61,130 nt of DNA, taken from an uncultured Clostridiaceae bacterium (lineage in GTDB: Bacteria; Bacillota; Clostridia; TANB77; CAG-508). The first letter of the stretch is position 1. Each line of letters opens with the position of its first letter. The notes under the pieces are model-generated. The model was not told the DNA's origin, did no database searches, and was given only the letters and a program-made list of their open reading frames with translations. Shown here one piece after another: positions 42,244 to 52,200 of the stretch. The stretch is from the NCBI GenBank assembly GCA_946493085.1, contig CAMMAC010000006.1:1-61130 (forward strand), in the 5' to 3' direction. The position numbers and the translations under genes are program-made.

Positions 42244-42618
42244 ATGAAGAATGTAAAATCAAGTAAGATTGTTTTAATTGTATTACTAATGTTGGTATTA
42301 ATGCTAGCAGCAACTAACGTATTTGCTACAGGGAATTCTGGAGATGTAATACAAATAAATATAACGACAAATCCATCTACGAATACAGCTACCCCTACCA
42401 ATACACCAGCAGCTAATACAACTACCAATACACAAACAAATATAGCAGCACCAATTACTAATACAGCAGGAAGTACTTATACGAACAACACAGGAAATAC
42501 AAATACATTGCCACAAACAGGTGATGCAAGTGATTATGCTATCTTTCTATTAATAGCAATTTCTATTGTAATAGCAGTGTATGCCTATAAAAAGGTAAGA
42601 GATTATAATATAAAATAA
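42244..42618 (+). CDS. small Thr/Asn-rich LPXTG cell-wall protein
   Basis: Signal peptide, T/N-rich region, LPQTG, TM and basic tail. Confidence 0.85.
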   Translation: MKNVKSSKIVLIVLLMLVLMLAATNVFATGNSGDVIQINITTNPSTNTATPTNTPAANTTTNTQTNIAAPITNTAGSTYTNNTGNTNTLPQTGDASDYAIFLLIAISIVIAVYAYKKVRDYNIK

Positions 42619-42635
42619 AATAGAAAACATGAACA

Positions 42636-42664
42636 TGAACTTTAAGGAAGGTCCCTAAAGTTCA
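42636..42664. repeat. 29 bp REP-like palindrome (family 1)
   Basis: tgaactttaaggaaggtccctaaagttca. Confidence 0.8.
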
Positions 42665-42701
42665 TGTTTTTGTAATCTGGGAAAATTCCTTGCAATCCAG
42701 G

Positions 42702-42730
42702 CGCAATTTATGGACATTCTTTAAATTGCA
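42702..42730. repeat. 29 bp REP-like palindrome (family 1, diverged)
   Basis: cgcaatttatggacattctttaaattgca; contains the sortase stop. Confidence 0.6.
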
Positions 42731-43359
42731 GTTTTTGCCTGAATAATGGTACGAGAACCTTTTAAGTTGTTACAAGTAATTAAAGTGACTTGTTTTTCTC
42801 CATTAGTATCTTGTGATAAGCAACTAGTATTAGAAGCTTCCACTTCGAATTTATCAAAAATAGTATAAGAAATTGCATTTCCACTCAAATCATATAGTTT
42901 AATTTCGTCTTCTAAATCTAAAAGATAAGTTTTCCCAAATAAAGTCCCATTGGCATTGTTGTGTCCAGCAATACAAAGATTTCCTATTTCGTTGGGCATA
43001 GGGCCTGCAAAACGGCAAGGAGAAATTTTTAGCAATTCATCTGTTGTAGTAGATAAAATAGGATAAGCAAGTTTAATAGCAGGAATTTCAATAATGCCTA
43101 TCACAAAAGGTTCAGAAGAGGAAAGAGAGTTTTCTAATTTTTGGGCAGAACTGTTTTCAGAAACTTGATTTACATATAACGTACTCAGCTGAAAACTCTG
43201 CAAATAAGATTGAGATAGCTTTTCATTTTGAGAAGATTGGAAACTAGAGTAAAGATAAAAAATAATGAGAAGGATACATAGTAAAACAGAAAAAGCAAAT
43301 ACTAACAAAAAATGTTTCTTCTTTTTTAAATTAGATTTATGCAACAAAATCTGATTCAT
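42721..43359 (-). CDS. sortase
   Basis: N-terminal TM, IEIPAI, GNLCIAGHN, TLITC..R. Confidence 0.9.
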   Translation of the reverse strand: MNQILLHKSNLKKKKHFLLVFAFSVLLCILLIIFYLYSSFQSSQNEKLSQSYLQSFQLSTLYVNQVSENSSAQKLENSLSSSEPFVIGIIEIPAIKLAYPILSTTTDELLKISPCRFAGPMPNEIGNLCIAGHNNANGTLFGKTYLLDLEDEIKLYDLSGNAISYTIFDKFEVEASNTSCLSQDTNGEKQVTLITCNNLKGSRTIIQAKTAI

Positions 43360-43420
43360 TTTTACTTTTTCCTCCTTTTTTCTTAGTATGAGCGAAACAT
43401 AGAAATTTATGCAATGCAAT

Positions 43421-43449
43421 TGAACTTTAAGGAAGGTCTCTAAAGTTCA
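43421..43449. repeat. 29 bp REP-like palindrome (family 1)
   Basis: tgaactttaaggaaggtctctaaagttca. Confidence 0.8.
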
Positions 43450-43542
43450 AAGAAAATTAAAAATTTCTTAAGAAAGTGTTTCTTTTTCTATGAGTTATGT
43501 GATAGAATAAGGGCATAAAATAAAAAAGGAGTGATTGAAAAA

Positions 43543-44250
43543 GTGCCAGAAACAAAATATAAACGTATTTTACTAAAACTAAGCGGAGAAGCGTTGGCAG
43601 GAGAGAAAAAAACAGGAGTTGATGCAGAGGTTTTAGGAAAGATATGTGACCAAGTAAAAAATGTTGTAGAGCTTGGTGTGGAAGTGGCAATTGTAGTAGG
43701 TGGAGGTAACTTTTGGAGAGGCAGATATGGCCATCAAATGGAGAGAACAACTTCTGATTATATGGGAATGCTTGCTACAGCAATGAATGGTTTAGCTTTG
43801 CAAGACGCTCTAGAATCTAGAGGAATTATGACAAGGTTGCAAACGGCTATTGAAATGAGAGAAGTAGCAGAGCCATACATTAGAAGAAAAGCCACAAAAC
43901 ATTTAGAAAAAGGAAGAGTTGTTATTTTTTCTTGTGGTACAGGAAACCCATATTTTACAACAGATACTGCGGCAGCTTTAAGAGCAGCAGAAATTAATGC
44001 AGAAGTGATTTTACTTGCCAAAACAATTGATGGTGTATATAGCGCTGATCCAAAAATAGATAAAAACGCAATAAAATATGATGAAATTACTTATTTAGAT
44101 ATTTTAAATCAAGATTTAAAAGTAATGGATGCAACAGCAACTTCGCTATGTATGGACAATCATATTCCACTTATTGTGTTTGGAATTGATAAACCAGAAA
44201 ACATGGTAAGGATTGTTGAAGGAGAAAAAATAGGAACAATGGTTAAGTAG
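43543..44250 (+). CDS. pyrH: UMP kinase
   Basis: [26 protein letters not shown]. Confidence 0.97.
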   Translation: MPETKYKRILLKLSGEALAGEKKTGVDAEVLGKICDQVKNVVELGVEVAIVVGGGNFWRGRYGHQMERTTSDYMGMLATAMNGLALQDALESRGIMTRLQTAIEMREVAEPYIRRKATKHLEKGRVVIFSCGTGNPYFTTDTAAALRAAEINAEVILLAKTIDGVYSADPKIDKNAIKYDEITYLDILNQDLKVMDATATSLCMDNHIPLIVFGIDKPENMVRIVEGEKIGTMVK

Positions 44251-44287
44251 ACAAAAAGAATATAAAAAATAAAGGAGAGAAAAAAAC

Positions 44288-44836
44288 ATGGATTATCAAA
44301 ATATAGAGGAAAGAATGAAAAAAACAATTAGTGTATTTGAAGAAAATTTAGCAGAAATAAGAGCAGGTAGAGCGAACCCTGCTATCTTAAATAAGGTTAC
44401 GATAGATTATTATGGAACACAAACACCAATTAACCAAGTAGCTGGTATTTCTGTACCAGAGGCAAGATTAATTGTGATTCAACCATGGGATATGAATGCT
44501 CTAAAAGAAATAGAAAGAGCTATACTTGCTTCTGATATTGGAATTACACCAAATAATGATGGAAAAGTAATTCGTTTAAATTTCCCAGAGTTGAATGAAG
44601 AAAGAAGAAAAGAAATCGTAAAGGACATTAAGAAAATGGCAGAAGAAGCAAAAGTAGCTGTTAGAGCTGTTAGAAGAGATGGACTAGATGAATTTAAAGC
44701 AAAACAGAAAAATGCAGAGATTACAGAAGACGATTTAAAAGTGGCAGAGGAGCAAATTCAAAAATTAACAGATAAATATGTAGAAGAAATTGACAAAAAA
44801 ATGGAAACAAAAGAAAAAGAAATTATGACAGTATAG
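44288..44836 (+). CDS. frr: ribosome recycling factor
   Basis: IRAGRANP, YYG, NDGKVIR..P..EERR. Confidence 0.97.
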   Translation: MDYQNIEERMKKTISVFEENLAEIRAGRANPAILNKVTIDYYGTQTPINQVAGISVPEARLIVIQPWDMNALKEIERAILASDIGITPNNDGKVIRLNFPELNEERRKEIVKDIKKMAEEAKVAVRAVRRDGLDEFKAKQKNAEITEDDLKVAEEQIQKLTDKYVEEIDKKMETKEKEIMTV

Positions 44837-44872
44837 TACAGAGACATCGAGAAAGCAAGAAGGGAGAAAGAA

Positions 44873-45580
44873 ATGGAAACAAACAATATGCCAAAACATA
44901 TTGCCATTATTATGGATGGCAATAGAAGATGGGCAAAAGCAAAAGGATTAGATGCAAAGCAAGGACATAAAGAAGGTGCCAAAACGTTAGAAAGAATTGT
45001 TCGTTATGCTAACAAAATAGGACTTCCTTATATTACAACCTATGCTTTTTCTACAGAAAACTGGAAAAGAACAGAGGAAGAAGTAGGAGCACTTATGTTA
45101 CTTTTGCAAACCTATTTGGATGATTATGGAAGAAGAGCGAATACAGAAAATATAAAAGTAAATGTCATTGGAAATATAGAGGCACTTTCTGCTGGTATGC
45201 AAAAAAGTATGAAAAATTGCATGGAAAGAACAAAAAATAATACAGGGGTTACCTTTAATATTGCTATTAATTATGGAGGAAGAGAGGAACTATTAAAGGC
45301 AACCAAAGAAATTGCAAAAGAAGTAAAGGAAGGTAGCTTAAATTTAGAAGAAATTACGGAAGAGACAATAGGAAATCATTTATATACAGCAGGACAGCCA
45401 GACCCAGATTTACTTATCCGTACAAGTGGAGAGTTAAGAACAAGTAATTTCTTGCCATGGCAATTAGTCTATACGGAATTTATTTTTATGGATAAATACT
45501 GGCCAGATTTTACAGAACAAGATTTAGACGAAGCCATTCACATTTATCAAAAGAGAACAAGAAAATTTGGAGCAAATTAA
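44873..45580 (+). CDS. uppS: undecaprenyl diphosphate synthase
   Basis: HIAIIMDGNRRWA, FSTENW, RTSGE.RTSNF. Confidence 0.96.
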   Translation: METNNMPKHIAIIMDGNRRWAKAKGLDAKQGHKEGAKTLERIVRYANKIGLPYITTYAFSTENWKRTEEEVGALMLLLQTYLDDYGRRANTENIKVNVIGNIEALSAGMQKSMKNCMERTKNNTGVTFNIAINYGGREELLKATKEIAKEVKEGSLNLEEITEETIGNHLYTAGQPDPDLLIRTSGELRTSNFLPWQLVYTEFIFMDKYWPDFTEQDLDEAIHIYQKRTRKFGAN

Positions 45581-45592
45581 GGAGAAAATAAC

Positions 45593-46396
45593 ATGAATTG
45601 GAAAAGAATATCTTCAGCATTATTAGGGTTTCCAATAGTGCTAGTTATATTATTGATTAGGAATAAATATATTGTAGATATCTGTTTAGCATTTATTGCC
45701 TATTTAAGTATGAATGAATATTTTAATGCGGTTTCTAAAATTAGTAATCCAGTTAGATGGGTGGGATATGTTAGTTGCGTAGGAATTGCATTGATTCATT
45801 TAGTACCAATGGAATATTTACGATTAGTAGTAACTATATTACCACCAATTGTATTTTTAGTATTATTTGCGCAAGTCATTGCAACAGATATGAAAACCAG
45901 TTTTAAAGATATCTGCTATACATTTTTTGGCATTATTTACATAGTTTTCTTTATGATGTTTATTGCCTTTATTGACGGAATGCCAGATGGAGCCATTTTG
46001 GTATGGTATGCCATTATTGCAGCGTGGGGAACAGATATTTTTGCATTTTTCGTTGGCAAGGCGATAGGAAAGCACAAATTTAGTAAAGTAAGTCCTAAAA
46101 AATCTGTAGAAGGTTGTATAGGAGGAACAATAGGAGCGATTGCATTATTTTTATTATATACGTTCGTGGTAAATACTTACTTTGGTATGAACTATTCTTA
46201 TCTTGTTATGTCAGGTATAGGACTAGTGCTAAGCTTGATAGGACAAATAGGCGATTTTGCAGCATCTAGCATTAAACGATTTGTGGATATTAAAGATTAT
46301 AGTAATCTAATACCAGGACATGGTGGAATGCTAGATAGAATAGATAGCTTATTATTTTTAGCACCATTTGCTTATTTCTTATTTACACTTTTATAA
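45593..46396 (+). CDS. cdsA: phosphatidate cytidylyltransferase
   Basis: SPKKSVEG, KR..IKD..IPGHGGMLDRID. Confidence 0.95.
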   Translation: MNWKRISSALLGFPIVLVILLIRNKYIVDICLAFIAYLSMNEYFNAVSKISNPVRWVGYVSCVGIALIHLVPMEYLRLVVTILPPIVFLVLFAQVIATDMKTSFKDICYTFFGIIYIVFFMMFIAFIDGMPDGAILVWYAIIAAWGTDIFAFFVGKAIGKHKFSKVSPKKSVEGCIGGTIGAIALFLLYTFVVNTYFGMNYSYLVMSGIGLVLSLIGQIGDFAASSIKRFVDIKDYSNLIPGHGGMLDRIDSLLFLAPFAYFLFTLL

Positions 46397-46413
46397 GGAA
46401 AAGGAGGAAGAAC

Positions 46414-47682
46414 TTGACAGCATTTATCATTACAGCATTAAAAATTATATTTTTATTAGGTTTTTTAATTACGATTCATGAATTAGGACATTTTTTGGTG
46501 GCAAAACTTTGCAAAGTGAAAGTAAATGAATTTGCTATAGGGTTTGGACCTAAAATTTGGCAAAAACAAGGAAAAGTAACCAAATATACTTTAAGGCTTA
46601 TTCCTCTTGGTGGTTATAATAGTATGGAGGGAGAAGAACAATATTCCGAGGAAGAAGGTTCTTTTAGTAAAGCAAGTATTCCGAAAAGAATAGCAATTGT
46701 GCTTGCTGGTGGAATGGTGAATATTGTATTTGGTATTGTAACCTATTTTATTTTAATGGCTTGCATAGGCAATAATACTTCCCTTGTGGTAGATAGTACC
46801 ATGGAGAATTATGCAGCACAAACAGCTGGTGTGCAAGCAGGAGATGAAATTATAAAGGTAAATGGGAAAAATGTTCATTTAAAAACAGATATAGATGAAA
46901 TATTAGAGCAAAATGGCGAAGAAGAAATGACATTAACTGTAAAAAGAGGCGAAGAAATACAAGAATTTACATTAACCCCTACAGCAGTAGATGCCAAAAG
47001 TACAGGAATCTATTTACGAGGAACAGGGGCAGAAGGAGAGTCATCCACTAAAATTTTAATGGTGGAAGTTGGTAGCAGTGCAGAAAAAGCAGGTTTAAGA
47101 GAAAATGATGAAATTACAAAAATAAATGGGACAGAAGTAAAAAATCAAGAGGAAATTATAGAGGCTATTACTAATAGTGAGGCAGAGACGATAGAATTTA
47201 CTGTGCAAAGAGGAAGTGAAACTTTAGATATTTCTTTAACGCCAGATACAACACCAGTTTATTATTTAGGTATTTATTTTAAAATGGCAGAAAATAATTT
47301 AGGAAATAATTTATACTATGCCTTTTATCAAACAGGAGATTTTAGCTTTTCTATTATAGATAATCTAAAAATGTTGGTCACGGGGCAAGTAAGGGCAAAT
47401 CAGTTAATGGGACCAGTTGGAATTTCAGAGGTAGTAGCACAAACTACCGGAATAGAAGATTTTGTTTATCTATTGGCACTTATTTCTTTATCTTTAGGTG
47501 TAACCAACCTTCTACCAATTCCAGCATTAGATGGAGGACGAATTGTACTATTGTTAATAGAAGCCATTCGTAAGAAAAGATTTAGCGAAAAAACAGAAAT
47601 GAATATACAATTAATTGGTTTTGCATTTTTAATAACTCTATCGATTTATGTGGCATATAATGATATTTTAAGGATTTTATAA
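46414..47682 (+). CDS. rseP: RIP metalloprotease RseP with two PDZ domains
   Basis: HELGH, NLLPIPALDGG. Confidence 0.95.
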   Translation: MTAFIITALKIIFLLGFLITIHELGHFLVAKLCKVKVNEFAIGFGPKIWQKQGKVTKYTLRLIPLGGYNSMEGEEQYSEEEGSFSKASIPKRIAIVLAGGMVNIVFGIVTYFILMACIGNNTSLVVDSTMENYAAQTAGVQAGDEIIKVNGKNVHLKTDIDEILEQNGEEEMTLTVKRGEEIQEFTLTPTAVDAKSTGIYLRGTGAEGESSTKILMVEVGSSAEKAGLRENDEITKINGTEVKNQEEIIEAITNSEAETIEFTVQRGSETLDISLTPDTTPVYYLGIYFKMAENNLGNNLYYAFYQTGDFSFSIIDNLKMLVTGQVRANQLMGPVGISEVVAQTTGIEDFVYLLALISLSLGVTNLLPIPALDGGRIVLLLIEAIRKKRFSEKTEMNIQLIGFAFLITLSIYVAYNDILRIL

Positions 47683-47802
47683 AAATATTGCAAAAATTAT
47701 GTAAATGTGTTAGAATATATACTGCAAATCCTTTAATCCTATTTTGCACCACAGGATTAAAGACAACCCGAGGAAAACGAAATGTTTTAAGGAGGAAATG
47801 TT

Positions 47803-48264
47803 ATGAAGTTATTTCACAAAGAAAGAGGGAAAGAAGTAGTATATGTTCAGATGCAAGACATAATGTATCTTATGCATGAACTGGACATTGGAATACCTGC
47901 ATCTATTGTTAGTAAACTATTTGGAGGCGGAACTGTTATTGTAACAGATGAAAATCGGTTTGAATTTGTAAAATTTAGCAATGAAAAAGAGGTAAAGTAT
48001 TTTAAAGATTTGGACTTTATCTTGGATTACGGAGAATATAAAGACTTAACCGATGAACAGCTGGATAAAAAATGGCGGGAACTTGCAGATAAGCTAAATG
48101 GAATTGCAGAAAAATGGAACGGGATGTCCATTGACGAAAGGAAAAAGAATGCTGAACTTTATACAGAGTATCAGAAGATAGACTATATGTTAAAATTCTT
48201 AAAGGAAGTGTATGATGTTAAGCATGGGGCAAGAGTTATGCCCTTCCCAAATTTTATAAAGTGA
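47803..48264 (+). CDS. hypothetical protein, probably horizontally acquired
   Basis: AGGAGG RBS and own terminator; the only uninterrupted gene found with in-frame CGG codons (47956, 48076). Confidence 0.75.
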   Translation: MKLFHKERGKEVVYVQMQDIMYLMHELDIGIPASIVSKLFGGGTVIVTDENRFEFVKFSNEKEVKYFKDLDFILDYGEYKDLTDEQLDKKWRELADKLNGIAEKWNGMSIDERKKNAELYTEYQKIDYMLKFLKEVYDVKHGARVMPFPNFIK

Positions 48265-48277
48265 AATAAAGAAAATG

Positions 48278-48360
48278 GCTCTGCTATTAGCAGGGCCTAT
48301 TTTCTTTTAAAAATTCTTCCTCAAAATTTCTTGTCATTTAAAAGCAAATATAGTACAATA
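48278..48360 (+). repeat. direct repeat copy 1 (terminator plus sigma-A promoter)
   Basis: Near-identical to 49148-49230; 63 bp (48298-48360) are identical; contains TTGTCA-17-TACAAT. Confidence 0.9.
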
Positions 48361-48395
48361 TAATTGTAAAGAATTGAAAGGAGGAGATTACGAAT

Positions 48396-48758
48396 ATGCC
48401 ACATGTTCCAAAGAAAGTAGAAAGTATAATACAAGAATTTATAAATAAAGTGAATGAAATATTAGGAACAAGAGTAAAGAAAATTATTCTATATGGTTCT
48501 TATGCACGAGGGGATTATAGAGAAAATTCAGATGTGGATATTATGATACTTACAGATTTATCAGATAGTGAGATAATAGAATATAGAGATAAAGTATCTG
48601 ATATTGCATTTGATATAGAATTTGACCATAATTTTGATGTCATGTTATCTCCTCTTGTAAAAAATATAGATAAGTTTAATTATTGGTTAGAAGCATTACC
48701 TTTTTATATAAATGTAGAGAAAGAAGGAGTGGTTTTGAGTGAATCCAAAAATATCTAA
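48396..48758 (+). CDS. minimal nucleotidyltransferase (MNT) antitoxin-like protein
   Basis: LYGSYARGD..SDVDI. Confidence 0.9.
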   Translation: MPHVPKKVESIIQEFINKVNEILGTRVKKIILYGSYARGDYRENSDVDIMILTDLSDSEIIEYRDKVSDIAFDIEFDHNFDVMLSPLVKNIDKFNYWLEALPFYINVEKEGVVLSESKNI

Positions 48759-49131
48759 AGAATTAGCAAAACATAGAATAGAACAGGCAAAAGAAGATTG
48801 GGAAGCAGCCAATTTATTGTATGACAAACAATTTTATAAATCAGCCAATAATAGAGCATACTATTCTATTTTTCATAGTATAAAAGCAGTTTTGTCATTA
48901 GAGCCAATTGATTTTAAGAGGCATAAAGATGTAATTGCATATTTTAATAAAAATTACATTAATACGGAAATTTTTCCTAAAACAATGGGAAGAAAAATAC
49001 AAAATGCAAGTACCATTAGAGAAGATAGTGATTATGATGATGAATTTGTTGTAGATGCAAATAAAACAAAAGAGCAATTGAATACAGCGGAAGAATTGAT
49101 TAGATTGGTAGAAGAGTATATCAATAAATAG
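48739..49131 (+). CDS. HEPN domain protein
   Basis: ANNRAYYSIFH, KRHKDV, REDSDY; overlaps the MNT gene. Confidence 0.88.
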   Translation: MNPKISKELAKHRIEQAKEDWEAANLLYDKQFYKSANNRAYYSIFHSIKAVLSLEPIDFKRHKDVIAYFNKNYINTEIFPKTMGRKIQNASTIREDSDYDDEFVVDANKTKEQLNTAEELIRLVEEYINK

Positions 49132-49147
49132 TTTTTAGAAAAACAAA

Positions 49148-49230
49148 GCCTTGCTAATAGCAGGGCTTATTTTCTTTTAAAAATTCTTCCTCAAAATTTC
49201 TTGTCATTTAAAAGCAAATATAGTACAATA
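49148..49230 (+). repeat. direct repeat copy 2 (terminator plus polC promoter)
   Basis: Matches 48278-48360; -35 TTGTCA at 49201, -10 TACAAT at 49224. Confidence 0.9.
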
Positions 49231-49257
49231 AGTTCTAGAATGAGGGGGCAAAAACAA

Positions 49258-52200
49258 ATGAGTGAAACAACAAAGAAAACATTGAAGGAAATTTTTAAAG
49301 ACTATAATTCTAATAGTTTCGTACTAAATAATGCCACTATCCAAAGTATCAATTTATATAAAAAAACTAATACATTAGAACTAATATTACTTTCTGATAA
49401 AATAATTCCTGTAAAAGATATTGCAGGTTTTGAAAAATACTTAGAAACTCGTTTTGCCATTACAACTGTAGAAATAAAAGTAGAGGTGCAAGAGGAACAA
49501 GAAATGCCGGAAGAGCAAAATAGTTGTGAATCTGCAGGAGGAGTAGGCTATATAGAAAAAATGATATCTGACCAATGGCTAGATATTATAGCCTATATGG
49601 CACAAAAGCACCCTATGACAAGAGCTTTTTTGCAAGGAAGCACCATTGCTATTGATGGGAAAAGTGTGAATGTGTTTTTATCTTTAAAAGGAAAAGAATT
49701 TTTAACTGCCAAAAAGTTTGATGCTATCTTGCAAAAAGTGTTACGAGATATTTTTGGAAAAACATATCAAGTAAGCTATATTGAAAATATATCGGATGAA
49801 ATATTGCAAAAGAGACAAGAAGAACAGCAAAGAATGCAAGAAGAAATGATTTTGCAGGTAGAGAAAGAAACCATGGAAGCAGTAGCAGAGAAACACAAAG
49901 AAAAACTAGAGAAAAAGGCATTGGTAAAGGAAACTTCAGTACCTGCTGAACCTATAGCTGCAGAACCAAAAGTAGAGGAGGCAGAAGAAGTAACTCCTCT
50001 AATATTAGGAAGAAACCCAAATATCAAAGAAAACTTAGTAAAAGTAGCAGATCTTTCCGTAGATTCTGGAAAAATTGCATTAGAGGGAGAAGTCATTCAT
50101 ACAGATAGTAGAGAATTAAAAAACGGAAAACATTTGCTTATGTTTGATGTATATGATGGTAGTAGTACCATTACTTGTAAGGCTTTTGTAGAGGCAGATA
50201 AAGCAAAGACGGTAATGGGAAGAATACAAGGAGCAAAAGGAATTAAACTTTCTGGAACTGCGCAATTTGACCCTTTTGCCAAAGAACTTGGTGTAATTGC
50301 TAATGTTATTTTAGAAACAGCAGGCAGAAAAAAGGAAGCTCGTATGGATAATAGCAAAGTAAAGAGAGTGGAACTTCATATGCATACACAAATGAGCCAA
50401 ATGGATGCCGTAACACCTGTGAAAGATTTAATCAAACGAGCTATGAAATGGGGAATGAAATCCATTGCTATTACAGACCATGGAGTAGTACAAGCTTTTC
50501 CAGATGCCCATAAAATGCTTGGTTTTGATAATCCAGATATGAAAGTAATCTATGGTGTGGAAGCTTATTTGGTGCCAGACCAAACCAGTATAGTATCTAC
50601 TCCTAGAGGACAAGATTTACATACTACCTATTGTGTGCTAGATTTAGAAACAACAGGACTTTCTTTCCGTACAGAAAAAATTACAGAAGTAGGAATTATG
50701 AAAGTAAAAGATGGAGAAGTGATTGATGAATTTGAATGTTTTGTAAATCCAGAAAAACCAATTCCACAAAAAGTAGTAGAAGTAACCAATATTACAGATG
50801 ATATGGTAAAAGATGCTGAAACGATTGATAAAGTAATGCCTAAAATTTTAGAATTTGTGGGAGATAGTGTTTTAGTAGCACACAATGCAGATTTTGATAT
50901 AGGATTTTTAAAATATAATGCAAAACAATTAGGACTATCTTTAGAAAATACTTATATAGATACACTTCGTTTAGCCAAAAGCTTATTCCCAGAATATAAA
51001 AAATATAAATTAGGAATGATTGCAGAAAATTTAGGTATTACGGTAGAAGTAGCACACCGTGCCTTAGATGATGTAGATACTACAGTAAAAGTATTTCGCA
51101 AAATGCTAGAGATGCTAGAAGAAAAAGGTGTAAAAACCATAGATGATATTGATAAAATAGAGCAAGGTAAGGCAGATTATAAAAAGCTTCCAAGCTATCA
51201 TGCTATTATTTTAGCAAAAGATTATGTAGGATTAAAAAACTTATATAAATTAGTTTCTATTTCTCATTTACATTACTTTTATAAAAAGCCACGTATTTTA
51301 AAATCCATTTACAAAAAATACTCGGAAGGATTGATTTTAGGAAGTGCTTGTGAAGCAGGAGAACTATATCGTGCCATTGTGGCTGGAAAAGATGACGAAG
51401 AAATAGAAGAAATTGCAAAAGATTATGATTATTTGGAAATTCAACCAAATGGAAATAATATGTTTATGGTCAGAAATGGCACTGTTCCAGATGTAAAAGC
51501 ATTAGAAGATATTAATAAGAAAATTGTAGCTTTAGGAGAAAAACTAGGAAAATTAGTAGTAGCTACTTGTGACGTGCATTTTATGGACCCACAAGACGAA
51601 ATTTATAGAAGAATTTTAATGGCAGGACAAGGATTTGACGATGCAGACGAACAAGCTCCTTTATACTTAAGAACAACAGAAGAAATGCTAAAAGAGTTTG
51701 AATATTTAGGAGAAGAAAAGGCCTATGAAGTAGTAGTAGAAAATACCAATAAAATAGCTGATATGTGCGAAAGAATTAGCCCAATCTCACCAGAAAAATG
51801 TCCGCCACACATTGACCATTGCGAAGAAACCATTAAGGAAATTGCCTATAGTAAAGCACATGAATTATATGGAGAGCCACTTCCAGAAATTGTACAATCC
51901 AGACTAGATAAGGAACTAGAATCTATTATAAAAAATGGATTCTCCGTTATGTATATTATTGCCCAAAAACTAGTGTGGAAATCTAATGAAGATGGCTATA
52001 TTGTAGGTTCCAGAGGAAGTGTTGGCTCTTCTTTTGTAGCGAATATGACAGGTATTACAGAAGTTAATTCTTTGCCACCACACTATCGTTGTCCGAACTG
52101 TAAATATTCTGATTTTACAGACTATGGCTATCAATGTGGATTTGACCTGCCAGATAAAGATTGCCCAAAATGCGGACATAAAATGGTAAAAGACGGAATA

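Noticed and set aside
49201-49257. N-terminal extension of PolC from the TTG at 49201
   Set aside because: That TTG is the -35 box of the duplicated promoter; ATG 49258 has the RBS.
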